A DNA stretch of 64,000 nt from an uncultured bacterium (GTDB lineage: Bacteria; CSSED10-310; CAZUFC01), in contig CAZUFC010000003.1 in assembly GCA_964619725.1 (NCBI GenBank), forward strand, positions 78,423-142,422, written 5' to 3'. Shown piece by piece: positions 36,842-46,664 of the stretch. Position numbers and translations under genes: made by a program. The notes below the pieces were generated by a model that did no database searches, was not told the DNA's origin, and saw only the letters and a list, made by a program, of their open reading frames with translations. The first letter of the stretch is position 1. Every line of letters starts with the position of its first letter.

Positions 36842-37852
36842 TTGAAAAGAGCCGGCATGGTCCGCCGAATAGATGTTGATTATCTCAAAAGTTTGACCGC
36901 TGATGACGACGATGCCCCTTTAGCCGTCATACCAGGCGTATTCGACGTCCTGCATCCCGGGAATCTGTTTCAGATAAATGAGGCCGTCAGGGAATGTTCG
37001 TCGGTAGCGATACTATTGATAGACGATGAAATTTGTCGCAAATATCGAGGATGGAACCCCGTCCATGATATGACCCTGAGACTCAAAACCGTCTGCTCAA
37101 TTAAAAACGTCGATTATGTATGTCCCGTATCTCAAAACATCGAGAAGGTTTTTCATGCTTTGTTGAATTCGAAACGGACCGTTGAATTCCGAATGAGCAT
37201 GCGTGATCCTGCAGGCGACTTTCTACAGGAGATCAGCCAGGGACAAATAAGGGGTAAAAAAATCATCAGACAGGATTTGAATAACGCGCGGCGAACCGAG
37301 GATTATTTCAGAGAATTCCGTATTTTTTCAGACGGGTTCGTCAGCCGGAATGATTTGGAAAAATTATGCCGGTCAGTGAGAGAGTCCGGAAAGAGGATCG
37401 TGTCCACCAACGGATGTTTCGACATCATTCATCCGGGGCATGTTTTGTATCTCGAAAAAGCGTCTGCCTTAGGCGACGTATTGATCGTGTCGATCAACGG
37501 GGACGCTTCCGTTCGTCAATTCAAGGGAGCGGGCCGTCCCGTCCATAGGGAGATGGACCGTGTGAAAACGCTTTTGGGATTGAGGTCTGTGGATTATGTT
37601 ACCATATTCGATGAAGACGATTCTTTAGCCGTATTGTCCAGAATAAAACCTGATTTTCACGTCAAAGGAGGAACTTTCATAGAAAAACGTATCCAAAAAG
37701 AGAAAAATCTGGTAGAATCTTTCGGCGGAGTCATGAAGACTTACGCTGTTGAAAAGCAGGGCTCGATTGTTCTTTCGACTACACGTTACATTAATCAAGC
37801 CTCTCGTCTGTTCGATTCCCATTATGAGAATAATGAAAAAAATGAAGCCTAA
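36842..37852 (+). CDS. Tandem nucleotidyltransferase domains; C-terminal RfaE domain II (heptose-1-phosphate adenylyltransferase)
   Basis: C-terminal TNGCFDIIHPGH...NGDASVRQFKGAGRP...VDYV..F.ED; degenerate N-terminal copy PGVFDVLHPGN; gmhA nearby. Confidence 0.85.
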   Translation: MKRAGMVRRIDVDYLKSLTADDDDAPLAVIPGVFDVLHPGNLFQINEAVRECSSVAILLIDDEICRKYRGWNPVHDMTLRLKTVCSIKNVDYVCPVSQNIEKVFHALLNSKRTVEFRMSMRDPAGDFLQEISQGQIRGKKIIRQDLNNARRTEDYFREFRIFSDGFVSRNDLEKLCRSVRESGKRIVSTNGCFDIIHPGHVLYLEKASALGDVLIVSINGDASVRQFKGAGRPVHREMDRVKTLLGLRSVDYVTIFDEDDSLAVLSRIKPDFHVKGGTFIEKRIQKEKNLVESFGGVMKTYAVEKQGSIVLSTTRYINQASRLFDSHYENNEKNEA

Positions 37853-37880
37853 AAATATTGATGGTTAAAGGAGGAAAAGC

Positions 37881-38948
37881 ATGAAAGCATCAAAAATTGT
37901 CGGCGTCATTGTTCTTTTTATTTTTATCGGTTTAATTCCGGCTGCTCATGGCGATTATTACTCGGATGCTTACGCCGAGTATCAGAAGCAGAATTATCAG
38001 AAAGCCTGCGAGATTCTCGAGGAGGGTTTGCAAATGACTCCGGAGGATTATCGTATGCTTTATCTTCTGGGATTCTGCTACACCAAGCGAAGCATGTGGA
38101 ATGAAGCCCTGGAGCCTTTGAAAAAGGCCGTACTGGTTAAACCGGAAGCTGCAGATGCTCATTTTCTGCTGGGCTACACATATATGAACTATGAAAAGAA
38201 CGGCAAGAAGCAACCGGATTATCATCTGGCGGGGATGAGTTTTCAGAAGGCGGCACAGATCAGGCCGGACAATTATCAATACCAGTATTACTGGGGAGTA
38301 AGCGAGATACAGTTGGGGAATTTTTCTCAGTCTGTTGCGCCGTTGCGTCAGGCTGCCAAGCTGAATCCGAACGCTTTCGCCGTTCAGTTCAACCTGGGAT
38401 ATGCATTAGCGAAGTTAAACAGGGATAAAGAAGCCATTACTCATCTGGAAAAAGCCGAGGGTCTGGATCCGGACGACGAGAACACCTTGTTTTACCTGGC
38501 CGATTCTTACATCAGTACGGATAATTACCAGAAAGGCAAAACGATCGCTCAACGTTACGTCCAGGTTAAGCCGAATGATTACCGGGGTTATTTGCTCCTG
38601 GGAAAAGCGAACATGCAGCTTAAAAACTTTTCGGAAGCCGTAGTCAATTTCCAGAAAATTACGCAGTTGAACTCGGATTTTGCGGAAGGGCACTATTATC
38701 TGGCCCAGGCTTATGAAGGAGCTAAAAATTTTGGAGCGGCAGCGGAATCATATGGGGATGCATTGAAGTTAAAACCGGGCAAGGCGGACTGGCAGTACAA
38801 GCTGGCTTATTCTTATGAACTTTTGAGCAATTGGAGCAAGGCTTTGAGCGAATACAAAAAAGCTGAACGAATGAATCCTGATTCCGAGTTGAAGCAGAGG
38901 ATTAATGATAGAATTCTTTATTGTGAGAAAAAGATAGCGGAAATGTAA
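37881..38948 (+). CDS. Exported TPR-repeat protein
   Basis: Signal peptide followed by about 9 TPR motifs (e.g. YLLGFCY...EALEPLKKAV...P). Confidence 0.88.
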   Translation: MKASKIVGVIVLFIFIGLIPAAHGDYYSDAYAEYQKQNYQKACEILEEGLQMTPEDYRMLYLLGFCYTKRSMWNEALEPLKKAVLVKPEAADAHFLLGYTYMNYEKNGKKQPDYHLAGMSFQKAAQIRPDNYQYQYYWGVSEIQLGNFSQSVAPLRQAAKLNPNAFAVQFNLGYALAKLNRDKEAITHLEKAEGLDPDDENTLFYLADSYISTDNYQKGKTIAQRYVQVKPNDYRGYLLLGKANMQLKNFSEAVVNFQKITQLNSDFAEGHYYLAQAYEGAKNFGAAAESYGDALKLKPGKADWQYKLAYSYELLSNWSKALSEYKKAERMNPDSELKQRINDRILYCEKKIAEM

Positions 38949-38958
38949 GACGAAAAGT

Positions 38959-39531
38959 ATGAGAAAATTTATCGAAGAAATTGCAGAAGAATCAATAGCG
39001 GTCAAGAGGAGATTTTTCGAGTCGAACGCAGAGGCGATTGAAGAATCAGTTCGGATGCTTTTAGATGTATTCAAAGGGGGAAGGAAAATTCTGATATTCG
39101 GCAATGGGGGAAGCGCTGCGGATTCACAACACGTGGCTGCAGAATTGGTAAATCGCTTTCTGGTCAATAGACGGGCCCTTCCTGCCATTGCTTTAACGAC
39201 GGACACCTCGATTATAACGAGCATAGCCAACGATTCTGATTTCGATCACATTTTTTCCCGTCAAATAGAAGCGCTGGGAGAACCCGGAGATGCCGCCCTG
39301 GCTATTTCAACAAGCGGAAACTCGCCGAACATTAAACTGGGTTTGCTTCAAGCAGGCGATTCAGGTTTGAAAACTCTGGCGCTTCTGGGGAAAGATGGGG
39401 GAGCCGTCAAGGGAATTTCTGACATTGACATCATCGTAAGGACCGACAGTACGCCTCGGATTCAGGAATGCCACATAACTTACCTGCACATTCTGTGCGA
39501 ATTGATTGAACAAAATTTTACAGAAAAATAG
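38959..39531 (+). CDS. gmhA: Phosphoheptose isomerase
   Basis: FGNGGSAADSQH, IANDSDF, ISTSGNS, RIQECH. Confidence 0.95.
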   Translation: MRKFIEEIAEESIAVKRRFFESNAEAIEESVRMLLDVFKGGRKILIFGNGGSAADSQHVAAELVNRFLVNRRALPAIALTTDTSIITSIANDSDFDHIFSRQIEALGEPGDAALAISTSGNSPNIKLGLLQAGDSGLKTLALLGKDGGAVKGISDIDIIVRTDSTPRIQECHITYLHILCELIEQNFTEK

Positions 39532-39592
39532 CAGGTTCAGAATGCCGTAAGCGTATCCTGCGCCGGCGTTTCTATATTTAATTTTCCGGTAA

Positions 39593-42500
39593 ATGAAAGA
39601 AAGCGACAGCCGCAATCTGACGGAAAAATGGAGCCGCAGTTCTGAGTTCAAGAGATTAATCGAGGAATTACAGAACGATCGGGATGCCCTGACAGTCCAT
39701 GGTCTCCAGGGTTCGGCTCTTGCCGGTCTGGTCGCCGCAGTCCGGTTCTTTGTCCAAAGACCCATATGGTATATCGCCGGCTCCTTATACGATGCGGAAA
39801 ATTTCGCCCGGGACTTGAGGACTTTCCTCACCGAAGTTTTTACAGCCAAAGGCGAAAAAAAAGATGCCGGCTTTTCCCGGACCCTGGATTCCGGAGCGCT
39901 GGTTTTTCCGCCGCCATGCTATAAAGCTTATCGTTACCAGGACGCCTCACTGCGCGACAGGGCCCGTCGCATTCTGGCATTGTATGCTCTGAGGACTGTG
40001 AAGAACCCGATCATAGTCACATGTCCCGAGAACATGCTCAGTCTTCAACCGGGACCTCAAAGTTATCAATTCGAAGAAAAAAGTTCCGGGCATTATTCCC
40101 GAGGGTTTTATACATTGCGGAAAGGTCAGAGCATCGATCTGGAAAATTTGAAAAGGTATTTCTTTAATTCCGGTTACCGCAGAGAAGAAAAAGTCAGGCA
40201 GCCTGGAGAATTCAGCATAAGGGGCGGCATCGTCGATTACTTTTTTCCGCTTTTCGATCAACCTTACAGAATTGAATTGTTCGGTGATGAAGTGGAAAGC
40301 ATACGTTCGTTTGATCCGTCAACCCAAAGATCGATCTCACCCATAAATTCAATTCCTTTGTTGCCTTTGTCGGAGTTGTTTCCGACGAAAAAACGCATTG
40401 GGAGGATGATTGAAAGAGTCAAGGAAGAGGCGCTGAAAAGAAAAATGGCTGCCGCTGAGACTTTAAGAATAGTAAATGATCTTGAGGCTGCTGAAAACCG
40501 GGAAAATCTGCTGAACTATGCCTTTATGCATCAGGAGTGGTTAAAGCCGGTTTTTGAATGGGCCGATGAAGATTCGATTTTTATCCGCCAGGACCCGGAA
40601 ATAGTCGAGCATAACGGCGAAAGATTCATAAACGAGATAAAGGAAGTCTGGAACAATATAAGAAACGTTGCCCTTTATCCCAGGCCGTCAAAACTTTATC
40701 TTTCCATGTCAGATTGGAACCAGAAAGAAAAACGTCATCAAACGATAAGTAATCGGTTTTTCGAATCCTCTGATATTCAAACGGAAGCATTTCGCTTTGA
40801 TACGCGTAAGGTAAGTCATTTCAACGGAAACATTAAGTCGATACTGCTGGGTATAGAGGATTGGGCAGCCAGCGGAATCACCTGCGTTTTAGTATGCTCC
40901 AGTCCAGGAACGATGAACAAGCTCAAGAAGGTGCTGTCAGATTATGAACTGGACAAGATGTTGCTTAAAGCAGAAAGGATTTCTAGCGGAAAAGGCATAC
41001 AAAGAGGTTCAGTTATTTTCGTGACGGGTGAGCTCGAAAACGGTTTCCTGATAAAGGACCTGGGCCTGATTTTCATCAATGAAAAAGAGATTTTCGGCGA
41101 GCAGAAAAGAAAACGGCCAGTCATGCATTGGTCGGACGACGGGCTGGCGCTGTCTCATAAGGACCTGGAGAAAGGCGATTATGTGGTCCATATCGATCAC
41201 GGCATAGGTCGTTGCGAAGGGTTGACGAAAATGACCGTGGAAGGCATCCGGCGTGATTTCCTCGTCATCGTTTACGCGGACAACGATAAAATTTTCCTCC
41301 CCATCGATCAGCTTCATCTGGTTCAACGCTATATGGCCCCGAAAGGACATAAAGCCAAACTGGATAAACTGGGCGGCGTCGCCTGGAAATCCAGAAAAAA
41401 GAAGGTTAAAGAAAATGTTCTGAAATTGGCCGCAGAATTGCTCAAATTATACGCTAAAAGAGCCGGCAATCGCGGTTTCGCCTTTTCCCCGGATAACGTA
41501 TCCCAACGTATCTTTGAGCTGAATTTTGAATACGAAGAAACCCCGGACCAGCTCGGCGCCGTTAATGACGTCAAAAAGGACATGGAAAGTTTTAAATTAA
41601 TGGACCGGTTAGTGTGTGGAGACGTCGGATTCGGTAAAACGGAAATAGCCATGCGCGCTGCTTTTAAGGCCGCGTGGAACGGCAAACAGGTCGCGTTCGT
41701 CGTTCCTACGACAGTGCTGGCTCAACAGCACTATGAAACTTTCAAAGAACGGTTTGAGGACTTCCCCATCGAAATAGGCGTCATGAGCCGGTTTACTCCG
41801 AAAAAGGTGCAGAAAGAAACCCTTGAAAAACTGGAACAGGGAAAACTCGAAGTGCTTATCGGAACTCATAGACTTTTTTCAAAAGATATTAAATTCAAAG
41901 ACCTGGGATTACTCGTCATTGACGAAGAGCACAGGTTCGGCGTAAAACAGAAAGAAAAACTCAAGCAGATAAAAAATAACGTCGACGTCTTGACCATGAC
42001 AGCTACTCCCATTCCCAGAACGCTTTATTTATCGTTGATGGACCTGCGTGATATGAGTTTGATCAATACGCCGCCGGAGGAAAGATTGCCCATCAGAACG
42101 GAAGTGCGTAAATTCAGTAAATCGTTGATACAAAAGGCGATCCGATTTGAAATGAGCCGCAAGGGTCAGGTTTATTTTTTGCACAATCGCGTTCAAAGCA
42201 TTGGCCTAATTGCCGAAATGATCGCAGAGCTGACTCCTGAATGCCGTCTGGCCGTCGCACACGGTCAGCTTCCGGAAAAAAGCCTCCAAAAGATCATGTC
42301 GGATTTCACTGCTGGAAAATATGACGTACTCATATGCACGGCCATCATTGAGTCCGGACTGGATATTCCTTCGGTCAACACCATTATCATTAACAGGGCT
42401 GATAAGCTGGGACTGGCCCAGCTTTACCAGATAAGAGGCAGGGTTGGAAGATCGGATACTCAAGCCTACGCCTACCTGTTGATTCCGGGTTTTAAAAACA

Positions 42501-43156
42501 TCACCAGCCAGGCAAGAAAAAGACTGGAATCGATCGTTGAAGCCAGAGAATTGGGTTCAGGATATCAACTGGCCGCAGCTGACCTTGAAATTCGAGGCGC
42601 CGGCGAAATTCTGGGAGCCAAACAACACGGTCAAATAGCCGCTATCGGGTTCGACCTCTATTGCAATCTCCTGAAAGAAGCCGTCAGCGAACTTAAAGGT
42701 GAAAAAATTGAACAAGAATTTGAACCGACCCTCAACCTCCCTGTCAGCACTTCCATCCCCGATGAATATATCTATTATGATCAGGAGAGATTAACGCTCT
42801 ACAGAAAACTCTCTTCTGCAGTTACCCAGGACGCTCTGGAACAGATTAAAGAAGAAATCGCAGACCGGTACGGACCCTGGAACGAACAAATGGAACTTTT
42901 CCTTGATTTCATTGAATTAAAAATAGATGCGAGAAACCTGAAAATCGATAAAATCGACATGACTCACGATTTTGCTCTTATCCAGTTCAATCAGAATACG
43001 CCCGTTCAACCGAAAGAAATTATCGACTTCATCAAAAAATCCAAAGAAAAAGCCAATCTCCTGGAAAGCGGTAAAGGAATTAGAATTAGGTTCCATGAAG
43101 GCGAATTGAAACAAAAAATGAATACGCTGAAGGATGTTCTGAAACGTTTTCTATAA
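39593..43156 (+). CDS. mfd: Transcription-repair coupling factor
   Basis: GEFSIRGGIVD, VVHIDHGIG, CGDVGFGKTE, DEEHRFGV, TATPIPRTL, DLEIRGAG and C-terminal TRCF domain. Confidence 0.97.
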   Translation: MKESDSRNLTEKWSRSSEFKRLIEELQNDRDALTVHGLQGSALAGLVAAVRFFVQRPIWYIAGSLYDAENFARDLRTFLTEVFTAKGEKKDAGFSRTLDSGALVFPPPCYKAYRYQDASLRDRARRILALYALRTVKNPIIVTCPENMLSLQPGPQSYQFEEKSSGHYSRGFYTLRKGQSIDLENLKRYFFNSGYRREEKVRQPGEFSIRGGIVDYFFPLFDQPYRIELFGDEVESIRSFDPSTQRSISPINSIPLLPLSELFPTKKRIGRMIERVKEEALKRKMAAAETLRIVNDLEAAENRENLLNYAFMHQEWLKPVFEWADEDSIFIRQDPEIVEHNGERFINEIKEVWNNIRNVALYPRPSKLYLSMSDWNQKEKRHQTISNRFFESSDIQTEAFRFDTRKVSHFNGNIKSILLGIEDWAASGITCVLVCSSPGTMNKLKKVLSDYELDKMLLKAERISSGKGIQRGSVIFVTGELENGFLIKDLGLIFINEKEIFGEQKRKRPVMHWSDDGLALSHKDLEKGDYVVHIDHGIGRCEGLTKMTVEGIRRDFLVIVYADNDKIFLPIDQLHLVQRYMAPKGHKAKLDKLGGVAWKSRKKKVKENVLKLAAELLKLYAKRAGNRGFAFSPDNVSQRIFELNFEYEETPDQLGAVNDVKKDMESFKLMDRLVCGDVGFGKTEIAMRAAFKAAWNGKQVAFVVPTTVLAQQHYETFKERFEDFPIEIGVMSRFTPKKVQKETLEKLEQGKLEVLIGTHRLFSKDIKFKDLGLLVIDEEHRFGVKQKEKLKQIKNNVDVLTMTATPIPRTLYLSLMDLRDMSLINTPPEERLPIRTEVRKFSKSLIQKAIRFEMSRKGQVYFLHNRVQSIGLIAEMIAELTPECRLAVAHGQLPEKSLQKIMSDFTAGKYDVLICTAIIESGLDIPSVNTIIINRADKLGLAQLYQIRGRVGRSDTQAYAYLLIPGFKNITSQARKRLESIVEARELGSGYQLAAADLEIRGAGEILGAKQHGQIAAIGFDLYCNLLKEAVSELKGEKIEQEFEPTLNLPVSTSIPDEYIYYDQERLTLYRKLSSAVTQDALEQIKEEIADRYGPWNEQMELFLDFIELKIDARNLKIDKIDMTHDFALIQFNQNTPVQPKEIIDFIKKSKEKANLLESGKGIRIRFHEGELKQKMNTLKDVLKRFL

Positions 43157-43175
43157 CTCCGGCCGACCTACAAAA

Positions 43176-44213
43176 ATGAACGAAAAAATGGATAATTCAA
43201 AAACAATGCTGAAAGATGCCGGCTTCGCTTATTATTTCATCTTATGGACTCTCAGGCTGATTAATTTGTCGCTCGTTTTCCTCATCGCCGCACTGCTTCT
43301 GTCCGTTGCCTGTATTTTTTTGTTCTCGGCAGATATCAACGCTGTTTCCACCGTGGCTTACGTCGGCGAGACCAGCATAACCCGGGATTCTTTCTTGAAA
43401 GATTGGCGGAACAAATGTTCGCTGTTTTCCGGCACAGAAGACAAAGCGAATGCCTTGAGAATGAAAATGGGAATTATCGACGAATTGATCGAAAAGGAGT
43501 TGCTGAAAAGCGAGGCTGACCAAAGAGGAATATCTTTATCCGATGAATTGGAATCGGCCGTCACGGAAGATTTTAACGCTGTTGATTTTCAGATTGAATC
43601 GAATGTATCTCTTCCTGCATCAGAAGGCATCCCGGAACATGAAAACAACAGAAGCGGCATTTATGAGTTACTGATCCTTTTTGAGGTGATAAGCAGCGTT
43701 GTCCCGGACGATATACCTGTTCTGGAAAAAGAGATTAAAGAATACTACGAAAGACATGAGGCTTTATTTCGAAGCGAGGAAACGGTCAAAGTAAAACGTA
43801 TCGGTTTAAGGACTCTGGATCAGGCAGAAGAAATAAGGCGATTATTGAAGAAAGGCCGTCGTTTCGATAAATTGGCGAGCGAGTATTCTTTATTTGAAGA
43901 AGAGCGTCGGGTCGGCGGCGATATGGGTTACGTCGCCAGAGCTGAATTGCCTTCAGAGATAGCGGATGAAATTTTTGCCCTTAAAGAAAAACAGACGACT
44001 CCTATCCTTAAAATTCCTGAGGGGTACGCTGTTTTTTTGCTTGAGAAAAGGCGGCCGGGACATCTCGTCAGCCTGGAGGACGCTAAAAGCGAAATTAAAA
44101 AAAGAATTCTCGCGGATAAAAGAAATGAATTTTTTAAACAATGGCTTGATGAAAAAAAGAGAGAAAGTATAATCAAAATTGATTTAGCTTTTCTTCACTT
44201 GGGAGAACAATGA
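43176..44213 (+). CDS. SurA/PrsA-type parvulin peptidyl-prolyl isomerase
   Basis: FDKLASEYS...GGDMGYV; N-terminal TM segment; follows mfd. Confidence 0.85.
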   Translation: MNEKMDNSKTMLKDAGFAYYFILWTLRLINLSLVFLIAALLLSVACIFLFSADINAVSTVAYVGETSITRDSFLKDWRNKCSLFSGTEDKANALRMKMGIIDELIEKELLKSEADQRGISLSDELESAVTEDFNAVDFQIESNVSLPASEGIPEHENNRSGIYELLILFEVISSVVPDDIPVLEKEIKEYYERHEALFRSEETVKVKRIGLRTLDQAEEIRRLLKKGRRFDKLASEYSLFEEERRVGGDMGYVARAELPSEIADEIFALKEKQTTPILKIPEGYAVFLLEKRRPGHLVSLEDAKSEIKKRILADKRNEFFKQWLDEKKRESIIKIDLAFLHLGEQ

Positions 44214-44214
44214 G

Positions 44215-45201
44215 ATGCTTCAAAAAATATTATCGATGATCGTCGTAATAATCCTGACTGCGGGTTTTTCGCCGGCCTCGGCAAAACGGGTCGTTGTGGA
44301 TAGAATAGTCGCTGTCGTCGGCGAGACCGTTATTACGGAATCAGAGTTGGACCGGTTGACGGCTCCTTTGATGGCCCAGATGTCTCAACGGACGGATAAG
44401 AAGGACCTGAGCGGCCGTATCCTCGAATTAAGGAATGATGTGCTCGAGCGTATGATTGATCAGGAACTGATGCTCCTTAAGGCTGACGAGCTGGGAATAA
44501 GAATTACCAGGGCTGATGTCGATCAGACTCTGGAACGCTTTATGAGCTCTAATGATATTTCTTCTGAAAAAGAACTGGATCAGGCTTTGAAAATGGAGAA
44601 CTTGACGCTGGAAGAGTTCCGAGAAAACCTGGAAAGACGTCAGAAAATCAATCGGCTGGAAAGGCAGGAGATTCACAGTCGAGTTCTCGTTACAGACGTG
44701 GAAATTAATGAATATTACAATGATAATATTGACCGATATCGACGATCAGCCCAGGCGAAGTTGCGCATCATACTGCTGGAAAAGCAGAAGTCGGTCTTCG
44801 CAGAATCTGAAAAAGAACTGATGACCAAAGCTCAAAAGATCAAAGAAGAAATAGAAAATCAGGATGACTTTGCCGCTGCCGCACGCATATATTCGGATGC
44901 TCCCAATGCAAAAAACGGAGGCTTGATGGGATGGGTTAATATCGACGACCAACTCCCGGAACTTCAGGAACAAATTGAACGGCTCGATGAAGGCGAAATC
45001 AGCCCGCCTTTCCTCACTGACTACGGCGTTAATCTCATCATGGTCATTGAAAAGAAAGAGGCTTATTATACTCCACTGGAAGAAATTCGCGATGAAATTT
45101 GGAATGAACTATTTACAAAGGAATATGAACAGCAATACCAGGATTATCTGGATGAACTCAGAGACGAATATTTCGTCGATAAAAGATTATATCGGGAATA
45201 G
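44215..45201 (+). CDS. surA: SurA-like periplasmic chaperone/PPIase
   Basis: Signal peptide; VDRIVAVVGETVIT (SurA N-domain); FAAAARIYSD...GGLMGW. Confidence 0.8.
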   Translation: MLQKILSMIVVIILTAGFSPASAKRVVVDRIVAVVGETVITESELDRLTAPLMAQMSQRTDKKDLSGRILELRNDVLERMIDQELMLLKADELGIRITRADVDQTLERFMSSNDISSEKELDQALKMENLTLEEFRENLERRQKINRLERQEIHSRVLVTDVEINEYYNDNIDRYRRSAQAKLRIILLEKQKSVFAESEKELMTKAQKIKEEIENQDDFAAAARIYSDAPNAKNGGLMGWVNIDDQLPELQEQIERLDEGEISPPFLTDYGVNLIMVIEKKEAYYTPLEEIRDEIWNELFTKEYEQQYQDYLDELRDEYFVDKRLYRE

Positions 45202-45250
45202 CTTTTCCTGGGGCTGAAAAAGCGTTGCCCCAATCAGGCGGGAATCCGGC

Positions 45251-45523
45251 ATGAGATTGGACTTATATTTAAAACGGACAGGGTTGGTTAAAAGGCGGAG
45301 CTGGGCTGAAGAATTGTGCGAGACGGGCGCGGTCATTGTGAACGGAAGGAAAGGGAAAAAGGGTAAAGATGTGGCTCCGGGCGATATTTTGGATATAAAA
45401 CTTCGAAGAAGAGCGCTTAAAGTGAAGGTAATCCAACTCCCGGAAAAAAATATTTCAAAGAAGAAGGCGGCGGAAACCTTTGAAGTTATGGAAGAACGGA
45501 AGATAAATGAGGATTTGATCTGA
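45251..45523 (+). CDS. S4-domain RNA-binding protein (RqcP/YabO/Hsp15-like)
   Basis: MRLDLYLKRTGLVKRRSWAEELC...VNG...PGDIL. Confidence 0.88.
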   Translation: MRLDLYLKRTGLVKRRSWAEELCETGAVIVNGRKGKKGKDVAPGDILDIKLRRRALKVKVIQLPEKNISKKKAAETFEVMEERKINEDLI

Positions 45524-45533
45524 GGGACTGTGA

Positions 45534-46658
45534 GTGAAGTCTGCGATTCAAAAATATTCAAAGATATATAAATCTGTGAAAGAGGGAAAAAAATATCCTT
45601 TTTTGATTTTCGCCGGGGTGGATGATTATATCGTAAGCCAATCGCGAAAACATATAACGGGTCTGCTGGTTCCGGCGGGATCGGAAGATGTAATGCTTAC
45701 TTCCCTGGATGCGGATGAGAACAAGGCTGAAGATTTGAGCCGGGCATTGAACTCCATGTCGCTTTTCAGTTCCAACCAGGTGGTGACATTAAAAGCCTAC
45801 GATCCCAAGAAGGCTGCTCATCAAAAGTTCACGGAGGTTTTGAATAAATGGATGGAGCAGGGGAGAACGACGCCTGTTTTGATCCTGGAACACAGAAACA
45901 AGTTGAATGTCAGAGGGGGGATCAAGAAGAAAAATCTTAAATCGGGAGCGGTCGTCGAATTCCCGAGTATCGATACTTATTCGCCGGGTCACCCTCAGAA
46001 AGACCCCGCAGTATTCTGGATACAGCATCAATTCCGGACCGCGGGCATCGAAATTTCCCCTGGGGCTCTCAAACTGCTGCGGGAAAGAACAGACAACAGT
46101 TTATGGGCTTTGAAGACTGAAATTGACAAACTTGTCGCCTGCAAAACCGATACGATGATCAATGAATCAGATGTTATGGAACTTGTTCCAAAGTCACGGC
46201 CGGATATAATTTTTGAATTAATGGAAGCCGCCGCGGCCCGCAACGTCAAAGAAGCCCTGCAAAAACTGGATTCCCTGATGAAAACAGGCGCCGCACCTAT
46301 TGTGATTTTAACTCTTTTCGTAAGGCAGATCAGGCTTATGCTCCAGGCTCAAGTCATTTTGAGAAAGAATATCATTCCTTCCGGCGCTATAAGAGCGAAC
46401 TTTTATAATTTTCAAAAAATGAATTACAGCGCCATAAAAGAATATGGAAAACAGAAAAATTTTTCAGGTCAGTACTGGATTTATAATCAGCATCCTTACG
46501 TTATTTTCAAGACGCTTAAACAGACAGGAAGATTCAGAAAATCAAAATTGACGGCTGCTCTTGTCGCCCTCTGTCGCATAGATTATAAAATGAAACGGAG
46601 CTCCTCGAACCCAAGAGATTTTCTGGCTGAATGGATTATCGACCTGTGTAGAGATTGA
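45534..46658 (+). CDS. holA: DNA polymerase III subunit delta
   Basis: SMSLFS, EIDKL, IFEL, IDYKMK; adjacent to holB. Confidence 0.8.
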   Translation: MKSAIQKYSKIYKSVKEGKKYPFLIFAGVDDYIVSQSRKHITGLLVPAGSEDVMLTSLDADENKAEDLSRALNSMSLFSSNQVVTLKAYDPKKAAHQKFTEVLNKWMEQGRTTPVLILEHRNKLNVRGGIKKKNLKSGAVVEFPSIDTYSPGHPQKDPAVFWIQHQFRTAGIEISPGALKLLRERTDNSLWALKTEIDKLVACKTDTMINESDVMELVPKSRPDIIFELMEAAAARNVKEALQKLDSLMKTGAAPIVILTLFVRQIRLMLQAQVILRKNIIPSGAIRANFYNFQKMNYSAIKEYGKQKNFSGQYWIYNQHPYVIFKTLKQTGRFRKSKLTAALVALCRIDYKMKRSSSNPRDFLAEWIIDLCRD

Positions 46659-46664
46659 GAGACG

